Positions 31,358-43,990 of a stretch of 64,000 bases of DNA are shown in pieces. The stretch is from Schizochytrium sp. TIO01 (lineage: Eukaryota > Protista > Bigyra: Labyrinthulomycetes), in the NCBI GenBank assembly GCA_004764695.1, contig SMSO01000034.1, forward strand, positions 3,906,001 through 3,970,000. The letters are read 5' to 3'. The notes beneath the pieces were generated by a model, which was not told where the DNA came from, did not search any database, and saw nothing but the letters and a program-made list of their open reading frames with translations. Numbering within the stretch: the first letter of the stretch is position 1; each line of letters begins with the position of its first letter. Both the position numbers and the translations under genes were made by a program.

Positions 31358-33910
31358 TCTTCACGGGGAACAGGTTCGCATCAGTTAGCTCCTCTCTGCC
31401 GTATATGTGTGACAAAGCCTGAGTATGTATCAATCTTTTTTTTAAAGAACTCTTTTCTTGTAACTCACGCGACAAAATGAATTTATTTCTGGCGTTTCTT
31501 TGCTCATAGATTCAACGCATCTGGCAAAGTGCTAGGCGTGGTCCAGGAAGGTCGAGGTTGGCATCATCCAATTGGTTGAGTAATGACCTTTGACAGTGAC
31601 ACTATTCACAATTTTCACCTCCAGCGTTGATACTGCAAGACTCCTTAGTGAGGATTTTGAGGGATGAATGTAATTTAGAACTCCCCATGTGGATTGCCTC
31701 AGATTGCTTTTTGCCCAGTCAGGTCTGTGAAAATGCCAATATGAGTGAGTAATAAGCTGTATCCTCAATTGCGCAGTGTCATCTACCGAACCTCTTGCTC
31801 GTCTGATTCGTTTTGCACTCTCTAGAGAGAACAACCCCATTTAACGTTTCATGCTTTCGAGATTTCCATGTCATGTCTCAGAACAATGTTCTTTGGGGCG
31901 CTCTGCTTCCTGCACAATTGCGCCGCTTAATAACGATGCCTGTAGCTCAGCTCATTTAGAACTCTGCAAGTTCTTCAACCTGATTCGCCAGTCGCGCAAA
32001 CACACGTCAGCGCCTCGCAGGAAGTAGTTATAACCCAGAAAGCAGGCATCAGGTGTCTTCGCCATCTTCTTTTGAGGAGTCTTCTTTGCAGCTCGACCGT
32101 CAGTTTCAAGTCCAAGTCATCGGCGCTGCGTACGTACGCATCCTAAAACCCAGAAATTAAGCTCCGTAAAGTCATTTACATCACTTGGGTGGGAGACGAG
32201 GCGTCTTCCAGTTTAGATCCACGCTCGTTCCCACTCTTCTCGCGCTGTGGCTGTGCCTTTCGACTCGCGCAATTAATCCCGTCTGCAGAGAGAGCAGCTG
32301 CGTCTTCCTTCTTCTTGTCACCCGCCTCCATCTCCGTTTCTGATATTGAAGAATTCGTCGCTGCGCTTTCCTTTCTTTGTGCACAATCGCGGCGCTTCTT
32401 TCTCTCAGTCTCTCTCTCTCTCTCTCTCAGGTTATGTACGACCTTTGTCAACACGACTTCTGACCGCCCTCCATATTAATCAATCCCTCTCTGCGCAGTC
32501 AAAACCGATCAACCGAAGCCAGAGGCACGCCTGGCTGCCTGCCTGGCTGCTTGCCTTGGTGTCGATCTCTGCGCGCCTTCATTCATTGCTGAGGCTCCTG
32601 CCGAAGGCCTTGAGCTCCTTCGCTCTCTTCGAGGAATCTCTCTATCTTTCATAAATTGATTGTTTTTTTGTTTATCTGTTTATTTATTTATCGATTGATT
32701 GATCTATTTGTGTTCTGTTGTTCTTAATATCTTCTCTTTCATTTTCGCAATCATTTACAGTGCGTGCTACATTATTAGATTCTCCTCCGTCACGCCACCA
32801 CCACCCAGCGGGTGGCAAGAAGTCTGCCAATCAGGCTCAGCCAAGGCCTCCGTTATCTCCGCCCGAGTCGCCCTCCCTCCCAGTCCTCAGCTCCATCGTC
32901 AGAAAGCCATCGACCGCCTGATTGATTGCCCGTTCCTGACTGCATATCACACGTGCTCATAGACGAATGATCCTACGATCGTAATGTAAGAACCGACTAA
33001 CTAACTAACTAATTAGTTAGACTAACTAACTAACGGCCTAGTTAAACTAAGTAGACATCATCATATATATATATGTATGTATGTATGTGTGTATGTGTGT
33101 GTTTATAAATGTTTATATACATACAAACATACTGCCGAGACTTAAAGAAGAACAACACTAACTAACAACAAGCAGGCGCTCCTCACGACACAAGAGAGCA
33201 GTCCCTGGGCCTCCATGATGGCTTTGATGCCGACGATGCTGGGCTTTCGAGATGCGGTCTTTATGGGCTGAGGTCCTCTTTGTTTGTGGCTTCTCCTGTC
33301 CTGGCTTAGCGAGATCGATACCATCGCGTGCCATGAGCTGATGACGACCGTGAGTCTGGAGTGCGCGATGGCGGTCGTTACGCGAGGGCATTATGACGAA
33401 ACCAGTACGCACTCTGCTTCTCTTTATTTTATTTTTTTCTTTCATAAAACTTGATTTTTCATTGAAATAAATAACAGTTAAGGCTCCTCATCTGCTTATT
33501 TTAACAACTCTTGAAAGCAATTAATTAATTAATTAATTAATTGGCTTTTGTCGTTTTCTAACTCAAACTCGCAACGTTGCATTGGTTTCCCTAAACTTGC
33601 CATTCGAAGGGCTGACGTGTAGACAATTCGAGGGCGCCGATCGATGGCAGCCCTCCCTCCCACAGAGCCTCAGAGCCGGCCATTCAGCTACGCCAACGAA
33701 TGGCTCCTTCGACTGTGTCTGAGAATCCCTCCGTCCACTCCAAGTACATCGATAGGGAGGTTAGGTTCTTCAGCAGTTCTCTGTTAAAACAAACAAACCC
33801 TTCCAAGATAAAACATTCTATTAATTCCTCGCCTTTCAAGCCAATTCAAAGCCAAAGAAAGCCCTACTTGCCTACACCCGGAAATCCTCGCACAAGAACA
33901 AAGAAACCAG

Positions 33911-33961
33911 CAAAGCAACAAGGCAGCAAAGCAACAAAGCAACAAAGCAACAAAGCAACAA
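33911..33961. repeat. (CAAAGCAA)n 8-bp tandem repeat
   Basis: About 6 imperfect units, directly visible. Confidence 0.85.
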
Positions 33962-34462
33962 ATAAACAAACGAAAAGGGGGAAAAGCTCGAAGGACTCAT
34001 TTCATTTCGATTTCTACTTGAAAATAACTGAGGGCTTTTAACTTTTAACGCTCGCAAAAAGTTTCTTTCTCCTCTCGGCGAGATCCTGCAAAGTGCCGTG
34101 GCAGCAAGCAAGCAAGCAATAGCAGCGGCTAAGCGCGGATAAAGCCTGGGCCAGGCTGGATCCCGCTCGCTCGCGCTTCTTTGATCTCGGCCCCACAGCC
34201 TTCTCCCCGGCTGGAAGGGACTGCGCGGCAGTATACGCACGCACAGGACGACTTCGGCCGCACCGCTTCGAAGAGAGCTCGCATCGAATGGGACGAGAGA
34301 GAGGTTACTATTTTTTATTTTCTAATTTTTTATAACTCGATCAAAATTGTTTTTCTAGTTCATTTCATAAAAGGAATTAGCAAATAAAATATGTGACTGC
34401 AATACTTACTGTTTGTTGCTGTTGGTTATCATATCATGACGATGACCTTAATTTGCAGAAGA

Positions 34463-34530
34463 CATTCATTCATTCATTCATTCATTCATTCATTCATTCA
34501 TTCATTCATTCATTCATTCGTTCGTTCGTT
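34463..34530. repeat. (CATT)n microsatellite grading into (CGTT)n
   Basis: Directly visible. Confidence 0.95.
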
Positions 34531-36620
34531 CTCCTCCTTCGACCTCCTTTCTAATAATTTGATTGGTTGCTTCTGCAAAAGAACAGCCCATCATGCAAAG
34601 ACGGCTTCAAAGCCCCTCGTGAGTCGCCGCTCCACTGGAGGTGCATGTGAGGCGCTGGCGAACTCAACGCCAGTGGGGGCAGGAGGAAGGCCCCTTCTCG
34701 CTGCGGGGCTGCACCTTCTTTGAATCTGGAGAAAGAAGAGAGGAACGGGAAATACAGTCTATTAATTACGCCCTGTGAGGGAACTTGGAGAACAGAGAGC
34801 TTCAGAGGAGAGACCATCACAGATCCAAACATGCTGTCTAGAGAACTCAATCATTATTCATTCTGCTGCTTCGTAGTGCTCTTCGCAAGGCAGCGAGGCG
34901 CCAATCGTGGGCCGGCCAAGGCTCTCCATGCTCCATCCTCAGACGGTCCTCCACGCCTCACGTGGCAATCGGCAGCCTTTCATGTCGCCTAACTAGGTTG
35001 GTGCTGTCCGATCCGGCGATCTCATCAGCGGCGGTGATTTATTCGCCCAAGCGCTAAGCGAGGTTAGCCGAGTATTAGTACCTACAGATGTATATCATCC
35101 CCGTCTTTAGGAAACAGAGGGTGAGATAATTAGAAAACCGTCGCAGTGCATAGCTTTCATTAAAAGCTACCTACCTGGCGATAGTAAGAGGAAGCTGCTC
35201 CAGGATCGCGGAGACTTTATGCTTCTACATGATTATTTTATTCACGCTGTTATTATTATTGCTTTTTTTAATACAACATTTTTTTAAAATTAAGTTAGCT
35301 AAAAAAACATCATTTTAATTTTAAAACATGATCAAACTGAAGTTTGAAAAATAGGGATTTATATGATATGTAGGTATATCTGATGTATGTTTTCTTTTCT
35401 TCAATTATTATGTATGATAAGAATAATAATAGCAAATGTTCTAAAAGCATCGCAAGATATTGCGCGAAAAATGAAATAGTGCGCGAGAGTGCGAACGTCT
35501 TCAAGGGTTGATCAGCTTTAAGCGAAAGAAGCTCTCGAAGGCCGACCGTCCATGCGTGAATCTTTCCTCATGGCCACGCTGCCTATTACAAGCAAGCCAG
35601 TACCGACAGAAAAGCATGCGCTGATATTTTTCCCAATCAGCCATCCGAAACACTTCAGTCACGTCTAATCTTTGTCCTCCCGAAGCTCAGAGAACGAGAG
35701 AGAGAGCCGCTAACCCGCTCCACAGCGCCCCTCACATATTACCCCCGCAGCGGAGGGTTCCACCTCCACAGTCCTCATCACTCTGCCCTCTTTCAGTGTG
35801 CTGGCGAACCTAATATAAGGAACCCTGCAAAGGGGACTTAAACGAAATGTCTGCACGGGCTGCTGCTCAGTGACAGTTAGCTCGGCTGTTGCAAATCTAG
35901 CACTTCGCACTTCGAACAGTTGAACTTGTAATATTAGGACCGCTGGGCCTGCTGCCTGTACCTACAACGGACTCGTTTCGTCTCTCCTCAGCTCCTTCGT
36001 AGTGGCGGTTCAACCTCTTCAAGTTGCTGTTCGTTCTCAAGTTATGTATCAACTTGCTTGCTTCAACCTCTTCTCGTGGTGCAGTTCTTGCTTGCACTGA
36101 GTGAAACCTTCTTCGTGGGACCTGGCGCTTTTGGTCTCTAGATCTTACTTGGCCAGATCGACTTGGAGATCTCGAGCTACACCCGCTCACGCCGGGTATC
36201 TTTCGAATTTTGCACAGCACGCGTGGGTCATAATGAGCAGAAATGCGTGCTTATTTGTCGCGTGAAGAGTCTCTCATCGTAGACTGCTGAAGGAATCGAC
36301 GTTTTGGCCATCAGCTCGGCAACTCGTCATCCATCGACCGATCTTGGACCCCAGAACCTCTCGATGAGCCAGGTAAAATCGACAGGTACCCATAAATGTA
36401 TCAATTAGGTTTAGCTGTACTTTGCATCGGTGGATCGAGGCCAATGATTGCCCCAGTCGTCCACCCGTCACCCTTAAACGAGGAGTAAACAGACGACAAA
36501 CCAGTTCCGAAAGGATGAGCTTTTAGTTGGCGAACCATCGAATCAACGAACAATGAATTGTATGTCAATCAATGGCGGTTATCCACCAAGGATCGATCTG
36601 CCAGCTTGTGGTCTTATCGT

Positions 36621-36650
36621 GTGAGTGAGTGAGTGAGTGAGTGAGTGAGT
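36621..36650. repeat. (GTGA)n microsatellite
   Basis: Directly visible. Confidence 0.95.
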
Positions 36651-37674
36651 CGCCATTGGTTTCCTTGGAGCCTGTATACCGGACTTCGCCAGAGCCCCAG
36701 CAAGCGGAGTCAGCGTATTGTATTTGTTTGCTTGAGAACGTCACAATGGCGTGTTTTATTCACCTCGATCTGATCGTTTTGGATCAAGCTTTCCAAGAGA
36801 GCAACGGCAGATCATCATATTCCGCGAAAGACCTTAGAGAGCTAGCAGTATATAGCCTCCTCTAGAGAAGAAACGGAAACTTGGCCTCAGTGGGGCTTGT
36901 GAGGGGATGCCGTGTACATGCCAGATGTCAACTTTCACAAAATTAATTAATTAATTAGTTTAAACATTATATATATATAATTTTACTTTTGATGGCAAAA
37001 ATAACCAATTAATTTAAAATAAACACTGACAGGCGGATAAAGATTATAGAGCATAGAGAATAAAGAAGAGGGCCTGAGGGAGGGGCTACGAATACCTACC
37101 AAGGCCGCATGCAGACTGGAAATCAATGACGATGTCATCCCGGTGGCCGATTTGGCTCAAGAGGGAGCGTCCCCAACCAATTCTTCACGCAAGCAAGCCC
37201 TCGCCCCTTCAAGACAGCGATGGGCTTCCTCTGTTGATTCGTCCTGTCCTTCAAGATGACTTGCCTGGTTTCTAGCTAGCTAGCTAGCTAGCTCTAGAGA
37301 TCTCTCTCTGTAGGAAAGCACTCTTTTTACTTTGAAAGGAAAGGAAAAACAAAAGCAAAAGCAGAACATAACTTCTCAAAGAGAGAATGAAAGTAAATGT
37401 TGCACTCTGATTGTGGGAATAAATGGGAACTACGTGTGGAGAGAGCAGGCGAATAAAGTGAAGAAGCCGTGGCGGGGAATGCTTTGGACTCAAATGATCT
37501 GCTCCAAACCGAATTTGCACACCGCCTCCTCCTCCCGTTTCCAGGACGAAGCCATCACACAGATAAGTTTAACCAGCGAAAAGGAATTAGCTGGGCAATG
37601 GAAGCCTCGATTGAACGAGTTTAGAGGATGAGGGTTGAGTTAGTTTTTTGATTAAACGAAAACTCACCAACTTG

Positions 37675-37677
<3 letters not shown>

Positions 37678-37710
<33 letters not shown>
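37678..37710. repeat. Poly(T) tract, about 33 nt
   Basis: Directly visible; followed by an A-rich arm. Confidence 0.95.
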
Positions 37711-37715
<5 letters not shown>

Positions 37716-38442
37716 CAATAAAGAAAAATGATTATAAAAGGTAGAAAGAAAGATTGTGGCGGTGAAAAGAAGTTATCGCGTAGTGTAGTCTCTAGAAAGC
37801 AGTAGAAGACACTTCGTTTGTTTCTTGTCTTCGGGGTTTTCTCTATGTTTGTCTGCGGATACGAAAAGTCAGAAACTCACTCGTTTTCACCCTCTCGCTA
37901 TTTTTCATTTTTTTATTCTTTAAAAAGGAAGAAACTAAGCCCAGTGAATTTAAAATCATCCATGCAAACAACAACTCTTGTGATCGAAGAGCAGCAAATC
38001 CCTAATTGGGAACAGAAGCTTGGCCATTCGCCTGCTTGCCTGCTTGCTTGCGTAGAAGCAAAGCCTAAGCTTTGGTCTGAGGACCATCAAGAAGAAGCCT
38101 TGCCTAAGGAGATAAACTTCGTCGTAGACGCGGCAGTCCTCCTGTGGACTTGCCTCCTCTGCGGTCAAGTATAACTTGCCGCATGCGGAGCGAAGCTAGC
38201 GAGCACGCGAAAGAAGGCAGCTCGCTAGAGTTCGGCTATCGATAATAAGTGAAAGGTCTCGGCGACCTTCTGCAATTTACGAATCTGTGAAGAAGAGTTC
38301 TCGAGCTTTTGTTGCAAAACCAAGGAGGAAAAAAGTATATAGTCTCGACTCCAGAACTGGAATTGGGAGCAACTCTTTGAGGAAATCTGCGACTTGCACT
38401 TGACAAAGGAAAAGACAGCTTTGCCAAAACCAGCTCGCCAAC

Positions 38443-41112
38443 ATGAAGAGAATCTCACACACGGATGTATTGCTGCGGCAAATTCGCCGAGAATCTTTGC
38501 GTTCTCACTATCAGCATCACGCCGTAAGGAACTTCTCCGCGGCAACTCCCCAAGATGGCTTTGCACAGAGAAAGTTTTCATCTCTGTCTGTAGCACCTTC
38601 GGAGAACCTCAGGCAGCAGCAAAAAGAAGTCGATTCATGGGAGCACAACCTCACCGGAGCCGATGAGCACCGTCTGCACGGGGCCCGTGGCGACTGGTGG
38701 TGGACCGGAAAACATCCTCGCGAGCTTCTCGCTCCTGGACAGTCCACCCTTCATTCGCTGCCGCAACCCACGCTCGACGCCGTTACTGCCGAGCAGACGA
38801 AAAGGTACCTCGACAACACATGGGCTCTTTCAGAGACCCTGCTCGGAGGCCTTCAGGGTGAAGAGGCATTTTATCGTCCTCCGTACCACCATTTACGTCA
38901 TCCCATGATTTTCTACTACGGTCACCCGGTGACATTTTACACCAACAAACTGTACGTAGCAGGCCTTGTTCCCCATGGAATTGACCGCTACTTTGAGGAT
39001 ATTTTCGAGGTTGGCGTGGACGAAATGAGCTGGGATGACATGTCTAAAAATGCCATGCAATGGCCTACAATCGGTGAAGTTAACGAATACCGTCGCAAGG
39101 CATTCAACATGATCAACCAGGTTATCGATGAGAACTTCCCCGCAAACGGAGACCCGATCAAGGTCACCCCCGATGACAAGCTTTGGGCACTCTTTATGAA
39201 CTTCGAGCATGATCGTATTCACCTTGAAACCTCCTCTGTGCTCATGCGTGAACTGCCCATGCACCTTGTTCGTAAGCCGGAATACTGGCCAGGGCTTCAT
39301 GAAACAGCATTTGCCGGAAACGGACCCTCGCTTAACCCTCGCGAGGGTGTTGATTTCCCCAAGAACGAGCTCGTCTCGGTTCAGGGCAAAGCAAATGTGC
39401 GCATTGGCAAGGAGCAGGATTTCCCTACATTTGGTTGGGACAACGAATACGGCCACCGCGAAGTTGACGTGCCTTCCTTTAAGGCTGGAAAGTTCATGGT
39501 CAGCAATGGTGAGTTCTACGAGTTTGTCAAGGCTGGCGGATACCGCGAACGTCGTTTCTGGACCGAGGAGGGCTGGGGCTGGCGTACCTTTCGGAACATC
39601 AAGTGGCCCTTTTTCTGGGAGCAGGCAGGACCTGCAGGAAAGCATGAGTACAAGTTGAGAACTATCTTTGAGGAGATTGATATGCCTTGGTCTTGGCCTG
39701 TGAACGTGAACAAGCATGAAGCCACTGCATTTTGCAACTGGAAAGCAGAGCGTGATGGAGAACTCAGCTTCCCCAACGGAGCTCGCCTTGCTGCAGAACC
39801 TGAGCACCTCTTGATGCGTAACGAAGACCAGCGCCACCCGGTGCCCAACCCCAACGCTGACCCTGCTCTGGTCTACGGCGGCGACCAGATTTCCTCTACG
39901 GGCAGCAGCAACCTGAATTTGGCATATGCTTCAGAGACACCTGTGGATCTCCATCCAGCCAATCAGAAGGGTCTCCACGACGTCACTGGCAATGCCTGGG
40001 AGTGGAGCGAATGTGATTTCAACCCCCTCCCTGGTTTTGAGGTCCACCCTTACTATGACGACTTCTCAACGCCCTGTTTTGATGGCGAGCACAACATGAT
40101 TCTTGGAGGCAGCTTCATGAGTTCTGGTGATGCTGGCGCGAACCTGCACTGCCGCTACCATTTCCGCCCTCACTTCTTGCAACACTCTGGATTTCGCTAT
40201 GTGGCACCCCAAGCTCCTGAAGCATGGCCTGCCCAATTCGTCGCAGCAAAGCTTTCAAGTCGTGCTGAGGCTGCAGATGTAGCTCAAGGTAAGACAACGT
40301 CTGCTGTGCCGGACAATGTCTATGAGACTGCGCAGTCTGTGAACCAGTACCTTGCACTTCACTACGGCCAGCAGCCTGATGTTGTGGACCATACTGTGCG
40401 TGCTCATGCCGGCCGCCCGGAGAGTGCCCTCAACTTTCCCAAGCAGTGTGCAGACCTCGTTGTAAAGATGGCAAACGAGCACGGCGCTCGCCTTGGATCC
40501 GACGCTACTGTTCTTGACCTTGGATGTTCTGTTGGAGGGTCTTCCTTCGCTTTGGCACAACATTATGGTGCTGTTACTGGCGTAGACTTTTCACATGCTT
40601 TTGTGGATACAGCACGTGCGATTCGTGATAATGCTTCCGCTCCGATTATTTTCAACGTTCCGACGGAGGGACTCAAGGAAAGTGCTCGTATTGAGACGAA
40701 GCTTGCCCCCGAAAGTGCTGAAGTTGCTAACCGTGTTCGCTTTGAGCAGGGTGATGCATGCAACCTCCCTGAAGCTTGTGAACTCGGTGGCCCTTTTGAT
40801 GCGGTCTTGATGGCAAACTTGCTTTGCAGATTGCCGAATCCCAAGGCCTGCCTTTCAAGCCTGCCGCGCCTCGTCCGCCCTGGAGGCGTGGTAGTCATGC
40901 TTTCTCCATTCTCTTGGCTCGAGGAATTCACTCCCCGCGAGAACTGGCTTGTTGATGAGAACAAGACATCGGCTCAGCTCCTACAAGAGGAAATGGCCTC
41001 TCATGGGTTTGAGCAAGTTGAGTCTCATGATATGCCCCTTCTTATCCGTGAGCATGAGCGAAAGTACCAATACATCATCTCTAGCGCTGCAGCATTTGTA
41101 CGACGTGCTTGA
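38443..41112 (+). CDS. ovoA: OvoA: 5-histidylcysteine sulfoxide synthase plus C-terminal SAM methyltransferase (ovothiol biosynthesis)
   Basis: DinB-like domain (HHLRHPMIFYYGH, FEVGVDEMSWDD, Fe-binding HX3HXE = HDRIHLE), FGE-sulfatase domain (GWDNEYG, GNAWEW, HPYYDDFSTPCFDG, RYHFRPHFLQHSGFR) and methyltransferase domain (NVYET, LDLGCSVGG, FEQGDACNL, ANLLCRL, IREHERKYQY). Confidence 0.95.
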   Translation: MKRISHTDVLLRQIRRESLRSHYQHHAVRNFSAATPQDGFAQRKFSSLSVAPSENLRQQQKEVDSWEHNLTGADEHRLHGARGDWWWTGKHPRELLAPGQSTLHSLPQPTLDAVTAEQTKRYLDNTWALSETLLGGLQGEEAFYRPPYHHLRHPMIFYYGHPVTFYTNKLYVAGLVPHGIDRYFEDIFEVGVDEMSWDDMSKNAMQWPTIGEVNEYRRKAFNMINQVIDENFPANGDPIKVTPDDKLWALFMNFEHDRIHLETSSVLMRELPMHLVRKPEYWPGLHETAFAGNGPSLNPREGVDFPKNELVSVQGKANVRIGKEQDFPTFGWDNEYGHREVDVPSFKAGKFMVSNGEFYEFVKAGGYRERRFWTEEGWGWRTFRNIKWPFFWEQAGPAGKHEYKLRTIFEEIDMPWSWPVNVNKHEATAFCNWKAERDGELSFPNGARLAAEPEHLLMRNEDQRHPVPNPNADPALVYGGDQISSTGSSNLNLAYASETPVDLHPANQKGLHDVTGNAWEWSECDFNPLPGFEVHPYYDDFSTPCFDGEHNMILGGSFMSSGDAGANLHCRYHFRPHFLQHSGFRYVAPQAPEAWPAQFVAAKLSSRAEAADVAQGKTTSAVPDNVYETAQSVNQYLALHYGQQPDVVDHTVRAHAGRPESALNFPKQCADLVVKMANEHGARLGSDATVLDLGCSVGGSSFALAQHYGAVTGVDFSHAFVDTARAIRDNASAPIIFNVPTEGLKESARIETKLAPESAEVANRVRFEQGDACNLPEACELGGPFDAVLMANLLCRLPNPKACLSSLPRLVRPGGVVVMLSPFSWLEEFTPRENWLVDENKTSAQLLQEEMASHGFEQVESHDMPLLIREHERKYQYIISSAAAFVRRA

Positions 41113-43990
41113 GCATCCTCCCGGGAGCCGATTTGCAATGAGGACCCATTAAGCTGATTCGTACTCGGTGCCTGTTTTAAAAGTTGCTGAGTAAAACCCC
41201 TGGTACTTATCTGGTGGTTAAGTGATTTACTCAATTTATTTACAAGAAGCATATCAAGAATACAAGCTTAAGCCTCAGATCTTTAAAATCAATGTTTTCT
41301 ATCCTTCTCTGATTGCTTTTTCTAACTGTGTCATGACATGTTGCTCGTTGCGTTGTGCCAGCATTCCTTGAGATGTTGTTGTATACAAAGTAGAGAAACC
41401 AACAAGCACCCTAGTTTCATCCACTTCACTTTGGAGCAAGTATACTTCTGTTACGCTAGTTTTACTTCCCTCGGCAATTTACACTAGCGTTATGCCTCTA
41501 AGTGTAACTCTAATTGCTTGCGCTTTAGCATCAATACATGACAAGAAAGGTATTTTAATGAACCTGTGTCCGAGTTAAGAAATTTCCTATGATTTGAGCA
41601 ACCAGACCTATGATCAAAATTAATCATAAGGTTCCTCGTTTATCTTTGTAGTTCAGGTTAAAAATGTAAACCCTTGGTCACATTCGATACAAAAAACAAG
41701 TATACATTTAATCAAAGCGAATTATATGTGAAGCTCATTGAGTCAAGATGATTCTGAAAAGTTAATCTAGAACTCTGTAAGCAAAAAATAACAAATATTT
41801 TACTGAACAAGAAAATGGAAATAACATTAGGTTATGACTTTGCAAGGCCACGCGAAGCGCCTTTATGCCAGCATCAAGAGCAGGAATTTCCATTTCGTTT
41901 CAGTAAATGTCATACCAATTCCTCCGCCAGTGCGCGCATCAGTAAGTGTGAGAACGGTCACTATTTAGATCAGTTGAAGGAGGGGACATATTCTACCAAC
42001 ACTTTCAAAAAAGGAAATGCTGCGAAAATTTAATTCTCCAGGTTACAAATTCTATAAAAAGGAGCGACCTACAGAACCATTTACTACTAGATAGTTTGGC
42101 GATTAAATAATCAAAAAGTTAAAAACATTAAGACTGAAAGATTGGAAGACCGGTGACAAAGGCAGAGATAATACTGTACGTGAAATCGTTAGAATTAGTG
42201 TATTTATACATCATTCAGGACTTAACTCAATAAGTTCTTTCCAAACACAAGGTTTTTGTGAAATTCTCCAACGTCAGTGACTACATGAAGCGACTATATC
42301 TAATGAAGGTCAGTATCCGTACTCTATGCATGAGAGGACATGCTACATGTGTATCACATGTTTGTGGAGATCGCGTGTGTGTTATCGAAAGGTCAGAGAA
42401 TTTTCTTGTGACACGCCAAAAAAATCACCGTTACCCATATATGTTGTCTATGTGTTACTAGAAGCTTGCCCTATAACTCAGACTCAAATTTTCAATCAAA
42501 TATTCATGAGTGCGAGAAGGAACAATCAGAGTCTAAAGGGACCGAACATAAGCCCTCAACAACTTGTGAATCTATAGAAGTAGTTATAGCTATTGAAATC
42601 ATCATTGAAAATAATCACATAATTGAAGCAAAATGCTCATTGAGGTTCAGCCTCGTAATATTACTCTTGAGGTTAGCGGATCTCGGACTCTAAAAGTCTC
42701 ATGTGTCAATGTTTACATAAGACCTATTCAAGCCTCCAATCCTTCTCACTCGCTTTGACCAAGAACCTCTGGCATTTTTTAAGACAAATTATACAGCTTA
42801 TAGCATTGTCTAGGACGGTTTTTAAACAGCAGATTATAGACCGTCCTCTAAGAGTAGGATCGTCATTTAAAATTTTGCTCAGCGAACAAGCGGGCCGTAG
42901 ATGCAGGCAGACACAGTTGCTGAAGCGGTTTTCATATTCAAATTTGCTTTGATAGAGTACATGTCTCAGGTTAAACATTGTAATCCTTTAGAGATTCGCC
43001 AATCCTTTACGGCTTCAATAAGTGACAAACATGTGCTAACAATTTATTGAGACTTTCAGTAGTTCTGAAAGAGTTTATATGATGAAGCATTCAATGACAT
43101 GCATTAAATGGGCAGCCTCGAAAAGGCGTCGTGTCTAAGTAAGAAACGCAAAGCAGAAACTCTTTAGCCAGACAGATGTTCTTGTATGTTTTCAGGGGGC
43201 AACCAATGACCAGTGCCAAGTCTTAGGAGGCGTTTTGCCACATAAGATGAATCATTATATTTCTCATGGTGCCTTGAGTACTACAATACCATTGTCTTCT
43301 GAACCTGTGATCATTTAATCATGTTGGTCAGCTATTTGTAATTTTGCTGCTCGAGCTTTTACAACTTGGCCAGCTCTGTGAGACATCTTACGTTGCGTAA
43401 ATGAGCATTTGACTTTAGGGTGCTTATCAAGTGAGCCAAACGAAAGGGTGGTTATCTCATAGGGCAAGTAGCATCTCATGAGAATTCTAATCCTTGTGCT
43501 AAACTAGAACAACAAATTCGTTAGCATGTTACACCTTCTTCTTCTTACATACGATAGCCACCACAGCGCTGGATGCTTTGTAGTCTGCTTTGGATTCCAA
43601 TTCCAAGGATAGCAAATTGCCGATTCTTAAAGCCCAAGTAAGCCTTTCTAAGACTTCATCAAGCCTCACACCTTTATGTTCATAGTCACACCACGAGCTG
43701 ACCAGATTCAGCTATCAGCAAGACCAAGCCTTAAACCGCCCGAGTATCCAGATACAATTTTTGTTTAGTTGCAGATCTAAGTAATTGAAGAAAGTCGGAT
43801 ATTTTTATTATTAAGGTATTTTGAATTAAAATTCTTCAAAGATACGCAAAACAAAAGTTTGCTAGATTTTTATGATAGGAAGTTATTAGTCCAGAAATTT
43901 TCCATCCTGGCGCCAAAGGGCGAAGATCTCAACTATTTGTTTTTTCCAAGACAAATGTTGGATAGAATTAGAATAGGGGAATTTCTAGGT

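Noticed and set aside
38893-39837. 314-aa ORF antisense to ovoA
   Set aside because: Shadow ORF produced by codon bias on the sense strand.
18829-41112. Sulfur-metabolism gene cluster (sulfotransferase plus MFS plus ovoA)
   Set aside because: The genes are separated by unrelated housekeeping genes (MED1-like, Hook, NSE2), and a luminal sulfotransferase has no known role in ovothiol synthesis.
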